Part shown: positions 60,699-64,000 of the stretch, one piece after another
Layout: each line of letters begins with the position of its first letter
How positions within the stretch are numbered: position 1 is the stretch's first letter
Assembly (NCBI GenBank): GCA_964455555.1
Contig: CAYVXV010000002.1
Location: 3,136 to 67,135 of the forward strand
Direction of reading: 5' to 3'
Length of the DNA stretch: 64,000 nucleotides
Source of the DNA: an uncultured Pseudomonadales bacterium
Lineage (GTDB): Bacteria; Patescibacteriota; Microgenomatia; UBA1400; PJMF01
Program-made: the position numbers and the translations under genes
Notes under the pieces: generated by a model
The model's input: only the letters and a program-made list of their open reading frames with translations
Database searches by the model: none
What the model was told of the DNA's origin: nothing

Positions 60699-62234
60699 TT
60701 AATCATTTAGAATTTTTCTTTCCAAAGTGTCATAACTGTAAATATCAGTGCTCACATATTGCCAGTCCCACGGCAGTTTCCACTGGTTTTCGACTTTTTT
60801 AACAGTTACTGGCATTGTATTTTCCCTAAGTCCATTATTTGTATAGTATCCGAGCGAAAGGCTGCATTCCGCTGTATCTGCAAGCAGCCATTTTCGGCTA
60901 CAGCTAAATTCAGCAGACCTGGAGCTTGCCACGGTTCCGGCATCAACTGCATCCAAGGCGGCGGCGAATTTTTGCCTTGATACATGGGCCTCAACTGTGT
61001 GATTGTATAACTCCTGATAATTACCGATTAAAAAACTGCTAGCTGCTGAATTCATCATTATATCCGGTCTGGGATTAAGATAAGCTATGAACTGGAGAAC
61101 TAACACAGCTAATAAGGCCAATCTATAACTCTGATTAAAGTTGCTGATCAGTTTAACCAGATAAATAATTCCCAGGGGCAAGATTAATAAAAAATATCTG
61201 GGCCAGAAAGGTATAAAAATAAAGACAGCAAGTATTCCAATCATCTGGATCAAAAGATACTGATTGCTTGGATTTATTTTCTGCGGCCGGTGTTTTATTC
61301 CTTTAGTAACTGTTGGTAAATAGTAGCCCGCCGTCGCAAGTGAAAGCGGCCAGAGGATGCTCCATTCTCTAATTCTTTGCCATCCCTCTCCCCACCAGCC
61401 TTTAAAATAGCCGCTTATAGCTGCCACCAGAATCATGCCGATGGCATTGGAACCTTCAGAATCCAAGTAAAAATTGAGCATCCACTTTTGGCTGGCATAC
61501 CACTCCACTAAAGAACCGCCTGAAAAAAAGAACTGTGCATAAGATGAAGCGTAGGCAATCAGGCTAAGCGGAACAACAAGCAAAGCATGCAAAAAATGTT
61601 TTCTGCTAAGCCCATACGCCATGAGCAAACCTACTCCAACAATTACGGGGTATAAGATAGCTATTTTTGCAGCGCTAAAAACACCAAGGGTTATTCCTGA
61701 GAGAAATAAATATTTGAATGCATGGTCTTTATGCTTTAGCCATCTAAGAAAAAAGTAATAATGTGCTAGTAAAAATAATAATTGAGGCATATCGAGCATA
61801 GTTTGAGAAAGCTGAGATGCTATAAGAGGGCTAAGAGAAAATAGCATCAAGGCATAGCTGGCCTGCACCCAATTTTCTAAAACAAGAAGCGACAGCCGCC
61901 AAAAGGCAAACATACTCAAAATGAAGATGGCTAATGAGCCAAGGTATGGGTTGTTTAACAAAGTGATAGAAGTTCCGTAAACATATTTACCCAAAGGTGG
62001 CGTTTCCGGGTTGATTGCAAAAAGCGGCTCACCTTTGAGAATTTTATATCCAGCTACCTGATAAAGTTCGTTGTCAGCCATAGTGCGTTTGCTGAACGAT
62101 GTGTGCCACTGTGATTCGTAGTAGAAATTTTCAAGATAATTAATATTGATAGGATTCAAGAAAAAAGCACGGCCTAAATAGATGTTTAAGCCCAAAATCA
62201 GGAAACTGGCAGCCAGCAGATATTTTGATTTCAC
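60699..62234 (-). CDS. GT-C glycosyltransferase with C-terminal NTF2-like extracellular domain
   Basis: DNELY, NPETPPLGKY, MLD, WPRY; C-terminal NYQELY...VKKVENQWKLPWDW. Confidence 0.78.
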   Translation of the reverse strand: MKSKYLLAASFLILGLNIYLGRAFFLNPININYLENFYYESQWHTSFSKRTMADNELYQVAGYKILKGEPLFAINPETPPLGKYVYGTSITLLNNPYLGSLAIFILSMFAFWRLSLLVLENWVQASYALMLFSLSPLIASQLSQTMLDMPQLLFLLAHYYFFLRWLKHKDHAFKYLFLSGITLGVFSAAKIAILYPVIVGVGLLMAYGLSRKHFLHALLVVPLSLIAYASSYAQFFFSGGSLVEWYASQKWMLNFYLDSEGSNAIGMILVAAISGYFKGWWGEGWQRIREWSILWPLSLATAGYYLPTVTKGIKHRPQKINPSNQYLLIQMIGILAVFIFIPFWPRYFLLILPLGIIYLVKLISNFNQSYRLALLAVLVLQFIAYLNPRPDIMMNSAASSFLIGNYQELYNHTVEAHVSRQKFAAALDAVDAGTVASSRSAEFSCSRKWLLADTAECSLSLGYYTNNGLRENTMPVTVKKVENQWKLPWDWQYVSTDIYSYDTLERKILND

Positions 62235-62240
62235 AGCAAA

Positions 62241-62258
62241 AGTATAGCATGATAGACT
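62241..62258. promoter_or_regulatory. Back-to-back -10 elements (bidirectional leaderless promoter)
   Basis: TATACT (minus, 62246-62241) 6 nt before GTG 62234; TAGACT (plus, 62253-62258) 7 nt before ATG 62266. Confidence 0.6.
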
Positions 62259-62265
62259 TGATAAT

Positions 62266-63783
62266 ATGCGTGACCGTCTGTTGCTCTTAGCCCTGCTTGT
62301 TTTCGTGTTTTTAACCAGAATCGGCTATGTGTTAAGAGGAGCTATTCCCTTTGGCTTTGATCATGGTAAAGACTCACTGGCAATCATGCATATGGTGCTG
62401 ACTAAGTCACCTGCTTTTATCGGGCCTTGGACCAGCATTCCCGGTTTGTTTTTTGGGCCCGGCTGGTATTATTTGCAAGCCCCCGCATATTTGTTGGGCA
62501 GCTTTCATCCAGCCGCCGCAGTGATTACCATGATCGCGCTATTACTGCTTCAGGTTTATTTGGCCTGGAAGTATTTCGGCAAAATAGCTGCTATTATCAT
62601 TTCTTCTGCACCGCTCTGGATAATAATTTCTACGAGTGCCTGGAACCCCTTTCCGATGACATTTATTACTTTGGTCATCTTAATTATCCTGAAGTTGATA
62701 AGGAAACAGGGCCGCATTACACCAAAAAAAGCGCTTTTACTCGGACTGACAGCCTCATTTGGCTTCCATTTTTCAGCTGCTTACGCTATTTTTTATCCGG
62801 TAGCGATTGGAATTGTCCTTTTATATTTGCGGCCAAACTATTCTCCACGTGAAGTATTGATGGGTGCAGCCGGATTTATAATACCATTTGTGCCTCAAAT
62901 ACTTTTTGAAGTAAAGAACAATTTTTTGCAGTCCAGGGCGGTGCTAGATTATTTTTCAGTTGGGGAGCCGCAGGAAAGAAGTGCTGAAAAAGCCTTGCAA
63001 GTTGTGAAAACCGTCTTGGGTGAGTTGCAGCTCTCATTTATGCCGGGTTATAGATTGCTGTCAGATAGCGTAAATGTAGTAATTCAAACCGTTTTATTAA
63101 TTGCCTTAGTTATCCCACTACTCAGGTCTATCGAGTCAAAAAGATTGAGTGGTGAAATTAAATACTACCTGGTCTTAGCATCTGCTTTCGTAGTATTGCC
63201 AATAATCGGCTTTTTCTTTTTACATTTTAACATCTGGTATGTTTATGCCATGGCTCCTGTAGCAGCTCTGGTTGTTTCAGAATTAATTAAAAGATTTCCT
63301 AAATGGCAACAATATATTTTTGTTGTACTTCTAATGATTACGCCCGTTACACACTACGCAAACTTTATGGCTTTCGAAAGAGAAGATCACCTAGTTAGCA
63401 AAGAATTTTTACCTATTAAAAAAGAGGCTATTAATATAATTCGAGAAAGAGCCGGAAATGATCCATTTGCCTCTTATCATTATGTTAGCGATATCTATGA
63501 CTTTTCTTATCAATACTTATATCTGACTGATGCCTATAGCGGTAATGATTTGCCTGTAGATTTTGCCTATAAACCAAATGCTGAGCCATACATTGTTCAG
63601 AAAGAAGCATTGCTTAATAAGATTGGAAGAAAATCTGGAGATGCCGAAAAGATATTTTATATAGTTGAGAAACCTGAGAAGGAAGTATTGCTCACTGAAT
63701 GGTGGGGGCAGCAGCAATACAGTAAGATTTTAGAAACGATACACCTAAGCGATGACATTACAATATATGTGGCAGCACCATGA
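62266..63783 (+). CDS. GT-C (ArnT/PMT-like) glycosyltransferase
   Basis: FDHGKD, GPW..GPGWYY, AWNP, FHF; paralogue of the gene at 27055. Confidence 0.85.
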   Translation: MRDRLLLLALLVFVFLTRIGYVLRGAIPFGFDHGKDSLAIMHMVLTKSPAFIGPWTSIPGLFFGPGWYYLQAPAYLLGSFHPAAAVITMIALLLLQVYLAWKYFGKIAAIIISSAPLWIIISTSAWNPFPMTFITLVILIILKLIRKQGRITPKKALLLGLTASFGFHFSAAYAIFYPVAIGIVLLYLRPNYSPREVLMGAAGFIIPFVPQILFEVKNNFLQSRAVLDYFSVGEPQERSAEKALQVVKTVLGELQLSFMPGYRLLSDSVNVVIQTVLLIALVIPLLRSIESKRLSGEIKYYLVLASAFVVLPIIGFFFLHFNIWYVYAMAPVAALVVSELIKRFPKWQQYIFVVLLMITPVTHYANFMAFEREDHLVSKEFLPIKKEAINIIRERAGNDPFASYHYVSDIYDFSYQYLYLTDAYSGNDLPVDFAYKPNAEPYIVQKEALLNKIGRKSGDAEKIFYIVEKPEKEVLLTEWWGQQQYSKILETIHLSDDITIYVAAP

Positions 63784-64000
63784 CATTGAAGCAGATACTT
63801 ACCTCACAAACCGTCATTATTGGAATACTGCTTTTTATATCTCTTTCAATCAGGCTTTATAGTATCAGGGATAATCAGGTTTATTTTTGGTTTGACCAGT
63901 CTAGGGATGCAATTGAATCGAGAAAAATTATTAACGACAAGGATCTAAAAATTCAAGGCCCTTCTGCCAGTGGCACAAATGACACAGTCTATCATGGTGT
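63780..64000 (+). CDS. GT-C glycosyltransferase, partial (runs off the window)
   Basis: ATGA overlap with the previous stop; MTLKQ..TM..FWFDQSRD..QGP..YHG, same motif family as 27055 and 62266. Confidence 0.8.
   Translation, partial: MTLKQILTSQTVIIGILLFISLSIRLYSIRDNQVYFWFDQSRDAIESRKIINDKDLKIQGPSASGTNDTVYHG

Overview
This is a gene-dense chromosomal segment. Gene content and style suggest a Patescibacteria/CPR, Microgenomates-like organism; this is an inference from the short GAD-less AspRS, compact glucan phosphorylase, HTH-nucleotidyltransferase gene beside secDF, many GT-C enzymes and many apparently leaderless genes. It carries housekeeping genes (znuABC, frr, rseP, secDF, cca, recJ, aspS, fbaB, rdgB, ybaB-dnaX-ybeY, gltX, trmD) and one tRNA-Gln(CTG) followed by orphan ORFs. 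It also has a convergent sensor-less two-component pair and two large surface-glycan clusters (ugd-rmd-gmd with GT2/GT-C; rmlBCD-LCP-wzx with GT2/GT4/GT-C). The most unusual part is the 19.3-19.9 kb intergenic region, which holds two back-to-back RNA switches. (1) An Asp-specifier T-box riboswitch with an ultrashort Stem I (actinobacterial ileS-like) but a transcriptional terminator precedes aspS. (2) A leaderless 18-codon uORF attenuator precedes a 490-aa divergent RelA/SpoT-synthetase-like protein that keeps the ATP/metal residues but lacks the canonical GTP-acceptor motif. dnaX has candidate slippage/frameshift A-runs. No CRISPR array, rRNA, transposase or integrase was seen. All family calls come from motif recognition by eye, not database searches.
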